DNA of 64,000 nt from an uncultured Fibrobacteria bacterium (GCA_963716395.1 OY970309.1:1632001-1696000), one strand, 5' to 3'. Numbered from the stretch's first letter, positions 28,982 to 38,361 are shown. Numbers and translations: made by a program. The notes: generated by a model not told the origin, from the sequence alone.

Positions 28982-30766
28982 TTATTTGATCAGCATTTGA
29001 GGCTGCGCCGATTGATCCGCGCGATCAGGCTTCATGATGTTGACGGAACTTGCGATCCCAACTTTGGGGTATCCGGACTTCCGGGGATGGGAGTATCCAA
29101 TCATCCTGCCATCCAGTCCATAAATCGCCCCTGACTGACTGCTACTGGAAAGCATTTGGTGGGACGCCTGGATAGGCCTCAATAGGCCAACTGTGGCGCC
29201 GTATTCGTTGGCACCAATGTCTGCTGTACCGTAGTACAATGACCGTCCCCAAAAATCCAGGCCTCCGTTGCCCGCGATTGATTCACCGGCGTTGATGCAT
29301 GGGGACGTGGATTGAAGTTTGTATCCGTCTAAGCTACCCAAGGCCCATCCGGAAGTGGAACCGCTTCCCCCGGCTCCTGGTTCGACAAATTGGGGGTTTG
29401 ATGTTTTGCCATGTGTGTCTCCGGAAGCCGCCGTTACACCATAATAAAGATTGTAGTTGTAGGTGCTTTTTGCGCCGACAAGCACTGCGGGTCCGCTTGC
29501 AGCCGCATAGAAGATGTTGTTATTAAACACATAGGTTCCGAGATTTAGCGTCGCTGTACCCCCAGATGAGTTGACCAACGAACCGGATGTTTTATCAGTA
29601 TAAAGCACATTGTTGTAAGCTTGAGCGGTGGCAGCAGGGTCCGAATGTAGATTAAAGGTGTTCCGGCTGTTGTTCTGCAAAATATTATATCTCGCTATGG
29701 CATTGCCGAATAAGAATTGGCAAAACAATATTCCGTCGCCGTTGTCGTGAATATAGTTGTATTGGAAAACGATCCTCGTGGTGCCCTTATCGGCATCGAT
29801 TCCATTGAAGTCGGCGCTGTTGCAACGTTGGACCGTACCATACATTTCATTGTACTGGACCGCGATGCTATCCGTGTAGTACAACTCCACAGCGCTGACG
29901 CCGGAATGGGCACACACATTGTTCTGAATCACTCCGCCCCGGACATTGGTGACGTAGATCGTGTTGCAACCATGATCCGTATTGTACTGGCTCAAATAGT
30001 TGTTCTGAATGAGCAAATTGGTGTGGGGATACCATTTGGTGTCCGAGGCGGAACTTCTTGCCCCCCAACCTACAGACCCCTGCCATTGCTTGATGCAAAT
30101 ATCCCCGAACGAGCAGTCACTGATCACATTGTTTTCGATTCGTATGTCATTGAAATTGGTTTTCACTAAGGTTGCCGTGGTGACATCGAATACAATTCCT
30201 CCGCTGTGCTTGGATCCATCCCATCCCGCGCTATCAATGATGCCAGCCGCACCGTTTGAATTGCTATTTCCGATCCAAGCCACGACGCCGTGGACATCGT
30301 GGATGTAACAATTCCTGATATAGATATGATTTATCGTGCCGAAATCTTTTCCATTTATCGAAATGCCATGATAATCTCCCCATGAACTTGTTTCGTTTGT
30401 GACTTCAAGATTGTTGATCTCCCAGTAGGGCTGATTCAGTAAATAGACGGCGCTGGGGGAACCCTTCGCGGAGATGATCGGTTTGGGACCTGTTCCGTAC
30501 ATGTCAATGACAATAGGGCTATCGCTTGTCCCACTCCCTTTTGGATAGAGTTCTCCTGTCCAACTGCATCCGGATTTAAATAAGATCTGGCTTCCAGGAC
30601 CGAACGTCGTTGCATTCACTTTCGTCAAGGTTTTCCAGGCGGTATTTGTGGTTAGACCATTGTTGGTGTCGTTTCCAGTTGTTGAATCCACATAATAGGC
30701 AGTTCCTGCAGACAGCGATGGCAAGGTGCAGAACAGGAGGAGCAGCCAAGTCGTTCTCGGCAACAT
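28982..30766 (-). CDS. Secreted right-handed parallel beta-helix protein (polysaccharide lyase/hydrolase-like)
   Basis: Signal peptide from ATG 30766; YYVDSTTGNDTNNG..AWKTL, Asn-ladder repeats, YKLQSTSPCINAG, ADIGANEY, C-terminal GLDGR tail. Confidence 0.85.
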   Translation of the reverse strand: MLPRTTWLLLLFCTLPSLSAGTAYYVDSTTGNDTNNGLTTNTAWKTLTKVNATTFGPGSQILFKSGCSWTGELYPKGSGTSDSPIVIDMYGTGPKPIISAKGSPSAVYLLNQPYWEINNLEVTNETSSWGDYHGISINGKDFGTINHIYIRNCYIHDVHGVVAWIGNSNSNGAAGIIDSAGWDGSKHSGGIVFDVTTATLVKTNFNDIRIENNVISDCSFGDICIKQWQGSVGWGARSSASDTKWYPHTNLLIQNNYLSQYNTDHGCNTIYVTNVRGGVIQNNVCAHSGVSAVELYYTDSIAVQYNEMYGTVQRCNSADFNGIDADKGTTRIVFQYNYIHDNGDGILFCQFLFGNAIARYNILQNNSRNTFNLHSDPAATAQAYNNVLYTDKTSGSLVNSSGGTATLNLGTYVFNNNIFYAAASGPAVLVGAKSTYNYNLYYGVTAASGDTHGKTSNPQFVEPGAGGSGSTSGWALGSLDGYKLQSTSPCINAGESIAGNGGLDFWGRSLYYGTADIGANEYGATVGLLRPIQASHQMLSSSSQSGAIYGLDGRMIGYSHPRKSGYPKVGIASSVNIMKPDRADQSAQPQMLIK

Positions 30767-30861
30767 TCGAAAATGAACGTGTCCGCAGAGTCGGCTAGGT
30801 TGGAACCGGAAGGAATAGGATATGCCCGCCATTCTGACAACATAAATGAAAATATCACCCA

Positions 30862-31316
30862 CTACTTCACGTCTCCAGGACCGGCCTGCAATTCCTACGA
30901 AAAGTGTTGAATCCCGGGGCCAAAAATCAACCTGAAGCGGCGCTTTCCACAAGGGGGTGCGGGATCCTCCGGGAGATCGTTCAGGATGGTTCCACCCTCC
31001 GTCAGAATGCCTCCAATTGGGAACGACGGAAACACAACGCCGACCAGGCCACCCCGGACGCGCACCGCAATGCCATCAAATCTGCGGTGGTGCTCGAAGT
31101 CGAGAACGGCAAGTACGTGTACAAGGAAACTATCGCGCCTTGAAACCAACTGAGCGCGGGTGATATTAAGCCGAGGCCCTAAGGCCCCGGAGCCACCGGC
31201 GGATCTTTGGGGAATTGCGTGTAGTCGTCGAGCAAATATTCCTGCTCTTCCAAAGGAATTTTCCCATCACGATAGCGTGTGTCTTCCCACACCAATTCCC
31301 AGGTGCAGGGGAATTC
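30862..31316. repeat. 455-bp direct repeat, copy A
   Basis: Aligns with 32628-33082 at constant offset 1766 with about 7 substitutions by eye. Confidence 0.95.
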
Positions 31317-32075
31317 ACCGGGTTCAAAATCGCTGCTGGCAATTCTGGAGGAACCGGGAATGTTACTGTCGGTTTCAATCTCATCAATGCGGGTCATCGC
31401 CAACCTGGCCGTAGGTGCTTTTCTTCCGCGCAGGAAATAATTGGGGCAACCGCCTTTGAGTTTACGCGGAATCCAAATGCCGCTTCTGGGAACGTCGTCT
31501 CTGGAAACGACAGTGATTCCTGTGGACAATGGAAAGCCGCCAATTTGTTTTGGAAAACGATACTTGTTCACATCAAACAATGGGTAGCTTAGTTTTCCAC
31601 TTGAGGGACTTTTTACTCTCATACTCATTTGAACGGCATTTTCCATCCAACACCAAAGTCCTATTGAAGGAGGATCGTTTGGCTCCCTAAAGTCTCCTCT
31701 TTTACCAAGGGGCCGGTATTCCATGTCGCTTCCAAAACGTCCGAAATAAAAGAGATTCTGAAACCGAATTCCTTCCCAAATTAAAGGGAGACCGGCTGCA
31801 TCTCCCTTTTGAATTCTCGTCAAACCATTTTCCAAATTGTTTAAGCAACCACATCCGCCTGACAACGCATCCAAGTATGCACCGGGCTCAGTTCGCTTTG
31901 CAACAAAGGCTTTGAACCCAGGAAGAAAGGCTTTCAGCATTTCTGTCATGCGGCCAATATAGGTAACTGAAGTGTTACGGCACAAAAGCCAAAAGGTTCT
32001 GGCAAGAATGTCCGGATTCGGAGCAAATGCTCCTGGCTTGAGAGCGACTGTATTACGGCTGTAAATGATGGACAT
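31179..32075 (-). CDS. Imm71/Imm72-family immunity protein (orphan module)
   Basis: FWLLCRNTSVTY, PRSGIWIP, GCPNYF, CTWELVWEDTRYRDGKIPLEEQEY; paralog of 32945-33841. Confidence 0.8.
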   Translation of the reverse strand: MSIIYSRNTVALKPGAFAPNPDILARTFWLLCRNTSVTYIGRMTEMLKAFLPGFKAFVAKRTEPGAYLDALSGGCGCLNNLENGLTRIQKGDAAGLPLIWEGIRFQNLFYFGRFGSDMEYRPLGKRGDFREPNDPPSIGLWCWMENAVQMSMRVKSPSSGKLSYPLFDVNKYRFPKQIGGFPLSTGITVVSRDDVPRSGIWIPRKLKGGCPNYFLRGRKAPTARLAMTRIDEIETDSNIPGSSRIASSDFEPGEFPCTWELVWEDTRYRDGKIPLEEQEYLLDDYTQFPKDPPVAPGP

Positions 32076-32112
32076 TTTACCCTCGGGGCATTATTTGTTT
32101 TTTGACAGGCGT

Positions 32113-32650
32113 TCAATGTTTTGTTTCCAATTCCAACGGTTCAAGATGTTCGGCCTCGGGATGCGACGGAGGAATATTGACTTGCATGTAATCTTGCCAA
32201 TTGGTCGGAGTCTGCCTGCGTTTCAAGACTTCATCGAGAGCGTCTTTATTATTCGGATTGCGAAAGTCGATTAAAAGTTGGGTGCCGCCTCCTGGCAAAG
32301 ATTGGCCAAAAGCCAAATTTTGATCTCCGTTTTCCAATTTTGCGTCTCTATCGATTTGGCTAGATGCTTTACCTTCCCAAGCCCAAAGCTCGGTTCCTTC
32401 AGGAACCTCGAATTCGAGATAATATCCATTCTTGCTGAATTTATTCAGTACCGCCAAATCCTTTCGCCAATCTTCTCCACTTGCAGGTAGATGGTATGTC
32501 CACCATAAACCGTCATTGGGTTTTCCTTCCTGAATAACACGATAGACTTTTGTTCTTTCGGGTAATTTGACCGGACGTATGGGCCCGCTGAACGCTGCAA
32601 TGGCCCAATAATCTTTGGGTTCCTCTTCTACTTCACGTTTCCAGGACCGG
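32113..32650 (-). pseudogene. Orphan toxin C-terminal tip (TNT/NADase-like) lacking the delivery N-terminus
   Basis: AFSGPI, YRVIQEGKP, GLWWTY, WRKDLAVL, AWEGKASSQID, LPGGGTQ align with the C-terminus of 33885-35627. Confidence 0.8.
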
Positions 32651-33082
32651 CCTGCAATTCCTACGAAAAGTGTTGAATCCCGGGGCCAAAAATCAACCTG
32701 AAGCGGCGCTTTCCACAAGGGGGCGCGGGATCCTCCGGGAGATCGCTCAGGATGGTTCCACCCTCCGTCAGAATGCCTCCAATTGGGAACGACGGAAACA
32801 CGACGCCGACCAGGCCACCCCGGACGCGCACCGCAATGCCATCAAATCTGCGGTGGTGCTCGAAGTTGAGAACGGCAAGTACGTATACAAGGAAACTATC
32901 GCGCCTTGAAACCAACTGAGCGCGGGTGATATTAAGCCGAGGCCCTAAGGCCCCGGAGCCACCGGCGGATCTTTGGGGAATTGCGTGTAGTCGTCGAGCA
33001 AATATTCCTGCTCTTCCAAAGGAATTTTCCCATCACGATATCGTGTGTCTTCCCACACCAATTCCCAGGTGCAGGGGAATTC
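32628..33082. repeat. 455-bp direct repeat, copy B
   Basis: See copy A. Confidence 0.95.
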
Positions 33083-33841
33083 GGCGGAGTTGTAATGCGT
33101 AAAGGTGACCCGTGATGAGCCGGGATTATCGGTATCGGTCCTAATTTCTTCAAACTTAGATACGGCAATATTCGCAGGTGGTGCCTTGCGACCTCGAGTG
33201 AAATAATTCGGACAGCCGCCTTTGATTTTAAGCGGTTCCCAAATTCCAGAAATTGGAATATCGTCACCATTGCGAATGCAAATGCCCTTGCGTAATGGGT
33301 ATCCACCGATGATATCTGGAAATTTAAACTTGGAATTATCAAGTAATGGATACCAAAGTTTTCCGCTTAAGGCGGACTCGATAGGAATAGTCATTTGCAA
33401 CGCGTTTTCCATCCAACACCAAAGGCCAATGGAAGTTGGGGCGTTTGGTTGATCAAAGTCCCCCTTCTTACCAAGGGGAGAGTAATCCATGTCTCCACCA
33501 AATCGGCCGTAGTAGAATAAATCGCGAAATCCAATGCCATTCAAAATTTTGAAATATCCGGAATGGTTACCTTTTTTTAATTCCATTAATCCAGTTTCGA
33601 GTTGGCCTAACGCGCCATGGCCTTCAGAAAGCGCCGTTAAGTAGGCTCCTGGTTCTGTTTGTTTCGCGACAAAGTCTTTAAATCCTGGCATAAAGTTTTG
33701 AACAAGTTCGATCATTCGTCCGATGTAGGTCACCGAGGTATTTCGTTTGTATAACCAAAAGGTTTTGGCCAATGTTTGGCGATTAGGTGCAAAGGCTCCT
33801 TGCTTAAGAGGGGATTCTCTATTCTCGAAGTTAATGGTCAT
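32945..33841 (-). CDS. Imm71/Imm72-family immunity protein (cognate)
   Basis: Directly downstream of the toxin; same motifs as 31179-32075. Confidence 0.8.
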   Translation of the reverse strand: MTINFENRESPLKQGAFAPNRQTLAKTFWLYKRNTSVTYIGRMIELVQNFMPGFKDFVAKQTEPGAYLTALSEGHGALGQLETGLMELKKGNHSGYFKILNGIGFRDLFYYGRFGGDMDYSPLGKKGDFDQPNAPTSIGLWCWMENALQMTIPIESALSGKLWYPLLDNSKFKFPDIIGGYPLRKGICIRNGDDIPISGIWEPLKIKGGCPNYFTRGRKAPPANIAVSKFEEIRTDTDNPGSSRVTFTHYNSAEFPCTWELVWEDTRYRDGKIPLEEQEYLLDDYTQFPKDPPVAPGP

Positions 33842-33884
33842 TAGGATGTGCTCGATTTTTTTAGAAACCTTTAATAGAGAAGGT

Positions 33885-35627
33885 TCAATTTGTTTTCGTT
33901 TCGACTTCCTCTGGTGTTAATCGATCGGTCTCGGTATGCTTTTTGGGTATCCCGATATCATTAAAATTAGTCCAATTAGTTTCGTCGAGCTTTGAATTCT
34001 CAATATCAGTTTTCGCAAATACGTTATCTTCGTTTTTAAAATCAATAAAAAATTGTTTGCCTCCTCCTTTTAGTCGTTGCCTGTAGGAAGGATTCCGTTC
34101 CCCGTTTCTCAAAAAAGGTTCGGTGTCGATTTGGCTGGAGGCTTTGCCTTCCCAAGCAACCAGCTTTTTGCCTTTCGGAACTGTGTATTTAACATAGTAT
34201 CCATTATTGCTGAATCTGTTTAACACTGCGAGATCTTCTCGCCAGTCATTTCCGGAATCCGGGAGACGATAAGTCCACCATACCCCGGTTTTGGGCTTGC
34301 CTGCTTGGATAACCCGAATAATAGTGGTTCCCTCTCCCAGTTCTATTCCTTCAATAGGTCCACTGAAAGCTTCGATCAACTCATAATGTTCAACACCATT
34401 AACCATCTCTACTTTTTTTCTCAAATCCGGCCACCCTTCCTTATGGTGGTAATCCGACAGGCTGTTCTGCGGAAACGGCATTTTCTCCGCCAGCTTGGCT
34501 TCATCCGCCACTTCGACCAGGCGCGCCTCGGCCTCGCGCGTTTCGCTGGTGACCGCGGAACCTTTGGGCACGGGAATCCAATCGCCCTGGTAAACCTTGT
34601 TTTGCACGGAATGGAGCTTGGAGTTGATATCCTTGACCGCCTTCGGAATCATCTCTTCGCCTTTTTTGGCCAAGGCATCAAAGCCGTTGCGCAAATCCGC
34701 CAGGCGGTTGCACATGCCTTCGGTCATGAGCCCGCCCAGGCGTTTCAAGGCCGCGGCCAACACGCCGTCGAGGCGGTTCATTAAATCGCCCCAATGGGAC
34801 TTCAAGGGGCCGATGTATTTCTCAAAATCGAGTTCCTTGATCCATTTGCGGGCGTCCCCGATGCCCACGCGATTCAAGAACGCGATCAGTTCACCGATTT
34901 TGACAGACTCTTTGGCCGCGTCTTCGCCCACCCGCACCACCAATTTGCCCACGCCCTTGAGCACGCCGCCCAAAATCGGAATCAAGGCCAAAAGCATGAT
35001 CACCAGAATCACCCATTCGGCGACTTCTTCGCGTTTCTTGGGATCGTCAACCAAGCGGATTACCACCGCCAGCAGATCGCGCACGGCCGTGACATCGCCC
35101 ACCAGGGGTATCATGCCGATGACGGCATCAACCATAATTTGGCTGACGGTTTGCTTTTCGTTGAAGCCGCCTTGCAAGGTTCCCCACACCCAATGAAAGG
35201 CGTCGAGGGCGAAGCTTTCCCGTGCCGGCGGCGGCAGGGCGCCATCGGGTCGCGGGCCGGCTTGAGCCTGCGTCACCGTGTCGTTGGCGTCGGCCTCGGT
35301 GAACGATTCCAGATATTCGGGATTGGGCGTTTGATCGGCGCGCGTATACGCTCGGCTGTCGGCGCCGAAGCGCACGCGTTTCGGAGGTGAGGGCAAATTG
35401 ACGACGCGCGCCTCCCCGTTCTCGTCCAGCTTTCCCTGGATGACTTGGCCGTTTTCCAATTCGAGTTCGAAGGGCGCGTCGACCACCGGCGAATCGTCAT
35501 GGTACCGTCGGCGCAGAGTCACGGTCTGCGTCGCGATGTCGACATCGTAGCGTTGACCCGTGGGCGCGTCGATGAACTCGGATTGGCCGCTGGCGTTCGG
35601 GGTCCACTCCAATACGGGATCGCTCAT
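33885..35627 (-). CDS. Polymorphic toxin: transthyretin-like N-domain, TM helices, TNT/NADase-like C-terminal toxin
   Basis: APFELELENGQVIQGKLDENGEARV (TTR-like); WGTLQGGFNE, GMIPLVGDV..VRDL, ALIPILGGVLKG; tip R..G.WW..R..LAV..Y.V..AWEG.A.Q..GGG.Q. Confidence 0.75.
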   Translation of the reverse strand: MSDPVLEWTPNASGQSEFIDAPTGQRYDVDIATQTVTLRRRYHDDSPVVDAPFELELENGQVIQGKLDENGEARVVNLPSPPKRVRFGADSRAYTRADQTPNPEYLESFTEADANDTVTQAQAGPRPDGALPPPARESFALDAFHWVWGTLQGGFNEKQTVSQIMVDAVIGMIPLVGDVTAVRDLLAVVIRLVDDPKKREEVAEWVILVIMLLALIPILGGVLKGVGKLVVRVGEDAAKESVKIGELIAFLNRVGIGDARKWIKELDFEKYIGPLKSHWGDLMNRLDGVLAAALKRLGGLMTEGMCNRLADLRNGFDALAKKGEEMIPKAVKDINSKLHSVQNKVYQGDWIPVPKGSAVTSETREAEARLVEVADEAKLAEKMPFPQNSLSDYHHKEGWPDLRKKVEMVNGVEHYELIEAFSGPIEGIELGEGTTIIRVIQAGKPKTGVWWTYRLPDSGNDWREDLAVLNRFSNNGYYVKYTVPKGKKLVAWEGKASSQIDTEPFLRNGERNPSYRQRLKGGGKQFFIDFKNEDNVFAKTDIENSKLDETNWTNFNDIGIPKKHTETDRLTPEEVETKTN

Positions 35628-35658
35628 ATATTCAAAACCCGAACAAGGATCGCTGAGA

Positions 35659-36179
35659 TTACTTGGTTTTTACGGTGGACGTTAAATTGCTTTTTAAATA
35701 CTTCAACAAACTAATATTCGAATCAGATTTAATATCGGCGATTTTCCACTTTTCATGCATCCAAGCAAGTGTAAAAATGATGTTTTCTTTATGGTCGCAA
35801 TTCGTAAATCGGGCACCGCTTTCGATGCGAGTATTTTCAATGCGGTTGATTGAAACCGCCACATGAAATGTGTCGCACCAATCTTGGCAATTACAAATGA
35901 GATCAGCATCAAGAAGGCCGACTTCTCCATTCGCCAAACTGTCATCAAGACGGATCAATTTCAATAACTCGGGCGTGAAAAGGGTATCGGCGGCCTTGCC
36001 AAATAATTCGGCCCCGAGTCGGATGACGTAGTTGGAACGACGTTCGAATTATATCCCTTGTACAGATTCAAAATGAATGACTTCGCTGCCGCCGAATCTT
36101 GGCCAAAAATATTAGCGATCCAGAATAATCCTACTAAAACGGAAATCAATAATGAATTTGTTTTTGCCCCGGATTTCAT
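35659..36179 (-). pseudogene. Frameshifted DUF3828-like secreted protein (candidate immunity)
   Basis: ORFs 35961-36179 (signal peptide, AKSFILNLYKGY) and 35659-35964 (LDADLICNCQD, WKIADI) join with a single-base frameshift near 36000 via GKAADTLFTPELL. Confidence 0.7.
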
Positions 36180-36646
36180 TTGGCCAGTTTTAGAATTTTG
36201 GTTAAAGCAAATTGTTTCGAGATATTTTGAATCTGATTGTGAACCTTTATAGACGCTGAATCAGGAGTGAAATCGTCGAATTCCCAATTACTATCCAGCC
36301 CGAGGGCTTTTGCACATATTATCCGTTTCTCTGGAGTATAAACTAGGCAAGTATTTGGTTTCCCTTGCAAGGGTTCCAATTCCATTGTGAACCAGGTAAA
36401 CCCCTGCGAATGATCGAAGACGTTGAACGTGGTGTCACTTCCTCGAATAAGCGTATCGATCGATGCATCCTGATAAATGAGATAAACTTCGGTTGCATGT
36501 TGCATGTTTTGTTGCACATCGACGACGATTTTTTGAGGTTTCGGTTTTGTAAATTCGATGCTATCTACGATAGGTTTCGCAGCCTCCGACCTACAGCAGG
36601 CAAAGCCAAAACAAATCATAAAAAGGAGGCGGAAATTTAAATTCAT
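36176..36646 (-). CDS. Secreted/lipoprotein hypothetical, candidate immunity for the upstream SLT effector
   Basis: AT-rich, start overlaps effector stop, signal peptide ending FGFACC. Confidence 0.65.
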   Translation of the reverse strand: MNLNFRLLFMICFGFACCRSEAAKPIVDSIEFTKPKPQKIVVDVQQNMQHATEVYLIYQDASIDTLIRGSDTTFNVFDHSQGFTWFTMELEPLQGKPNTCLVYTPEKRIICAKALGLDSNWEFDDFTPDSASIKVHNQIQNISKQFALTKILKLAK

Positions 36647-38229
36647 TGATTTTTTCTCGCTAATATATGAGCAACATATTCCGCTATTTCTCGAAACTTA
36701 TCCTTTTTACCCCAACTTTCCGGGATGGCTTTGAAGAGAGGCGAGGTTTCGTTGGGCGTCTTAATTAGATCATCCCAAAGCGCCGCTTTTTTATTTGAAA
36801 ACTTATAGGCTTGCTGTATCGTGCCTTGGCCGGCGTTGTAGGCTGCGAGGTAAAACTTGGATTTTTCGTCCTCGTTTAATTCTTGATCATAATTGGAAAA
36901 CACATTTTGGTCGATTGCATTTTTCTTGAGGGAAAACTCTCTGGCCCCAGCTTGGATGGATTTTCCCGAATCAAACCGCTCGTCTCCAGCAAAGTCAAAG
37001 AACCAGTTCGACCCTATTTTCCTGGTATTGCCAACATGCAACCCCACTTCATGGATAGCGTCGCCTCCGATTTGTGTAAGACCCGCAAAGCCATGGTTGT
37101 TATGAGCTTTCGGATCAAAACCGCTTTCTTGGGCTATTAAGGATTTAAGAATGATGGGATCGATTCCATTTGCTTCTGCGGCAGACTTGATTTCATTGTT
37201 GTACTTGTTTTGGTCCGAAATATTTCGACCAAATCCTTGGTTCCAATTTGTCCAGACCGGATCTTCATTTTTCGGATTTGCCTGTCCTTCACCACCATTA
37301 TCGCTATCCGCATCATCATCGTCATCACCCCCATCGCCGGGCAACACCTGCGGCGCCAGCGGCTTTCCGTCGGTGCCGGTGGGTGTGAAGCCGGTCAGAC
37401 GCACGCGTCCGGCCTTGGGCTTGTCGACGCGCAAGATGCCGCTATCGGGGACGTCCGCGGTTTTTTTGGTGCCGTCGGGCAAAATCAGGGTTGCTTGGCC
37501 GCGTTGGCCGAAATCGAATTCCACCCAACTGTCATAAGGAATGGGAGCGGATTCGGCGGCCGCGCCCAGGCATTCGGCGCGCACCCGGAAATTCGGGACG
37601 GCATAGTCCTCGGCATTTTTGGCCAGGGTCCCCTTGCTTGCAAAAGTGCTTTCGTCGCCGGGATAGGTTCCCTGCCATTGCGCCGAGGCCTTGCCGTTAT
37701 TGACCAGGGCTTCAAGGCAGGCCAGGCGCGTGCGCGCGTGGTGGCGGTTTTCCACCACGATTTCAAAACGGCATACGGCCCCGTTGGGCGCACCCTGAAC
37801 CTTGGCTTCTACCGTATAGGTTTGCGCGGCTTCGACGTCTTTCAGCGCCTTGCCTTGCGCGTCCAAAAGGCGCACGTCGGAAATTTTCACCGCCGGCCCC
37901 ACCTTGACCTTGGGCCCCACGGCCTGGATCGCATGCGCCTTCAGTTCGGCTTCGAAATACATGCCGCCGGTTTTGTTGGGCTTGGTCACGGGATAAAGCG
38001 CGCGGAATAAATCGGAAACCACGTGCCCCTTCAGAGTTTCTACGACCTGGCCCTCGAGATCTTTGATGGTAACGTCGATTTCGGAGCCGTCGGCCACCCA
38101 ATGCGTCCACACTTCCAACGGGATTTTCCCGCCTTGGGCCACGGCGTCGCGGCCCCAACCCGTGCGCACAATCGAAGACGGCAGCTTGAGCTGCAAGACC
38201 TGATCGGTTTGGCCTTGGGTTTTGGGCAT
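36643..38229 (-). CDS. MPKxQGQTDQ-domain protein copy 1, fused to lytic transglycosylase (SLT) domain
   Basis: Shared N-domain; acidic linker GDGGDDDDDADSD; SLT motifs GIDPIILKSLIAQESGF, GLTQI, AAYNAG. Confidence 0.85.
   Translation of the reverse strand: MPKTQGQTDQVLQLKLPSSIVRTGWGRDAVAQGGKIPLEVWTHWVADGSEIDVTIKDLEGQVVETLKGHVVSDLFRALYPVTKPNKTGGMYFEAELKAHAIQAVGPKVKVGPAVKISDVRLLDAQGKALKDVEAAQTYTVEAKVQGAPNGAVCRFEIVVENRHHARTRLACLEALVNNGKASAQWQGTYPGDESTFASKGTLAKNAEDYAVPNFRVRAECLGAAAESAPIPYDSWVEFDFGQRGQATLILPDGTKKTADVPDSGILRVDKPKAGRVRLTGFTPTGTDGKPLAPQVLPGDGGDDDDDADSDNGGEGQANPKNEDPVWTNWNQGFGRNISDQNKYNNEIKSAAEANGIDPIILKSLIAQESGFDPKAHNNHGFAGLTQIGGDAIHEVGLHVGNTRKIGSNWFFDFAGDERFDSGKSIQAGAREFSLKKNAIDQNVFSNYDQELNEDEKSKFYLAAYNAGQGTIQQAYKFSNKKAALWDDLIKTPNETSPLFKAIPESWGKKDKFREIAEYVAHILARKNQ
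37888..38229 (-). repeat. 342-bp conserved 5' module (other copies at 42998-43339 and 46037-46378)
   Basis: Near-identical DNA at fixed offsets 5110 and 8149. Confidence 0.95.
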
Positions 38230-38235
38230 GGGCCA

Positions 38236-38278
38236 AAATTATAACCAGGGTGCGGGGCGGGTTGTGATCCCGGACACA
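38236..38278 (-). promoter_or_regulatory. Leaderless promoter: -10 TAATTT and CRP/FNR-like box TGTGA-N6-ACACA
   Basis: -10 at -12..-7 from the ATG; box 38263-38278 centred at -41.5; conserved before all three paralogs. Confidence 0.65.
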
Positions 38279-38361
38279 AGGCTTGATGGCCGGAGCTTTA
38301 AGGATGAAGATTAGCTTTACAATCCGGGATTCACTGTGACGTTCGGGAAAGGTCGAAGCGA

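Noticed and set aside
30767-30952. Shared MWKAPLQVDFWPRD N-terminus on the beta-helix ORF and the orphan toxin as a secretion tag
   Set aside because: It arises from the DNA repeat; the beta-helix gene has a proper signal peptide from ATG 30766. Translation of the orphan tip from this TTG cannot be fully excluded.
30904-31143. 79-aa ORFs ending YVYKETIAP (also 32670-32909)
   Set aside because: They are the duplicated livK 3' end read from a chance TTG, not independent genes.
30862-33082. 455-bp repeats as DGR template/variable repeats or CRISPR repeats
   Set aside because: Differences go in both directions and are not adenine-restricted; no reverse transcriptase or cas genes; units are far too long for CRISPR.
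26744-33082. Integron cassette array
   Set aside because: No intI gene and no attC-like palindromes with GTTRRRY cores were found at the cassette boundaries.
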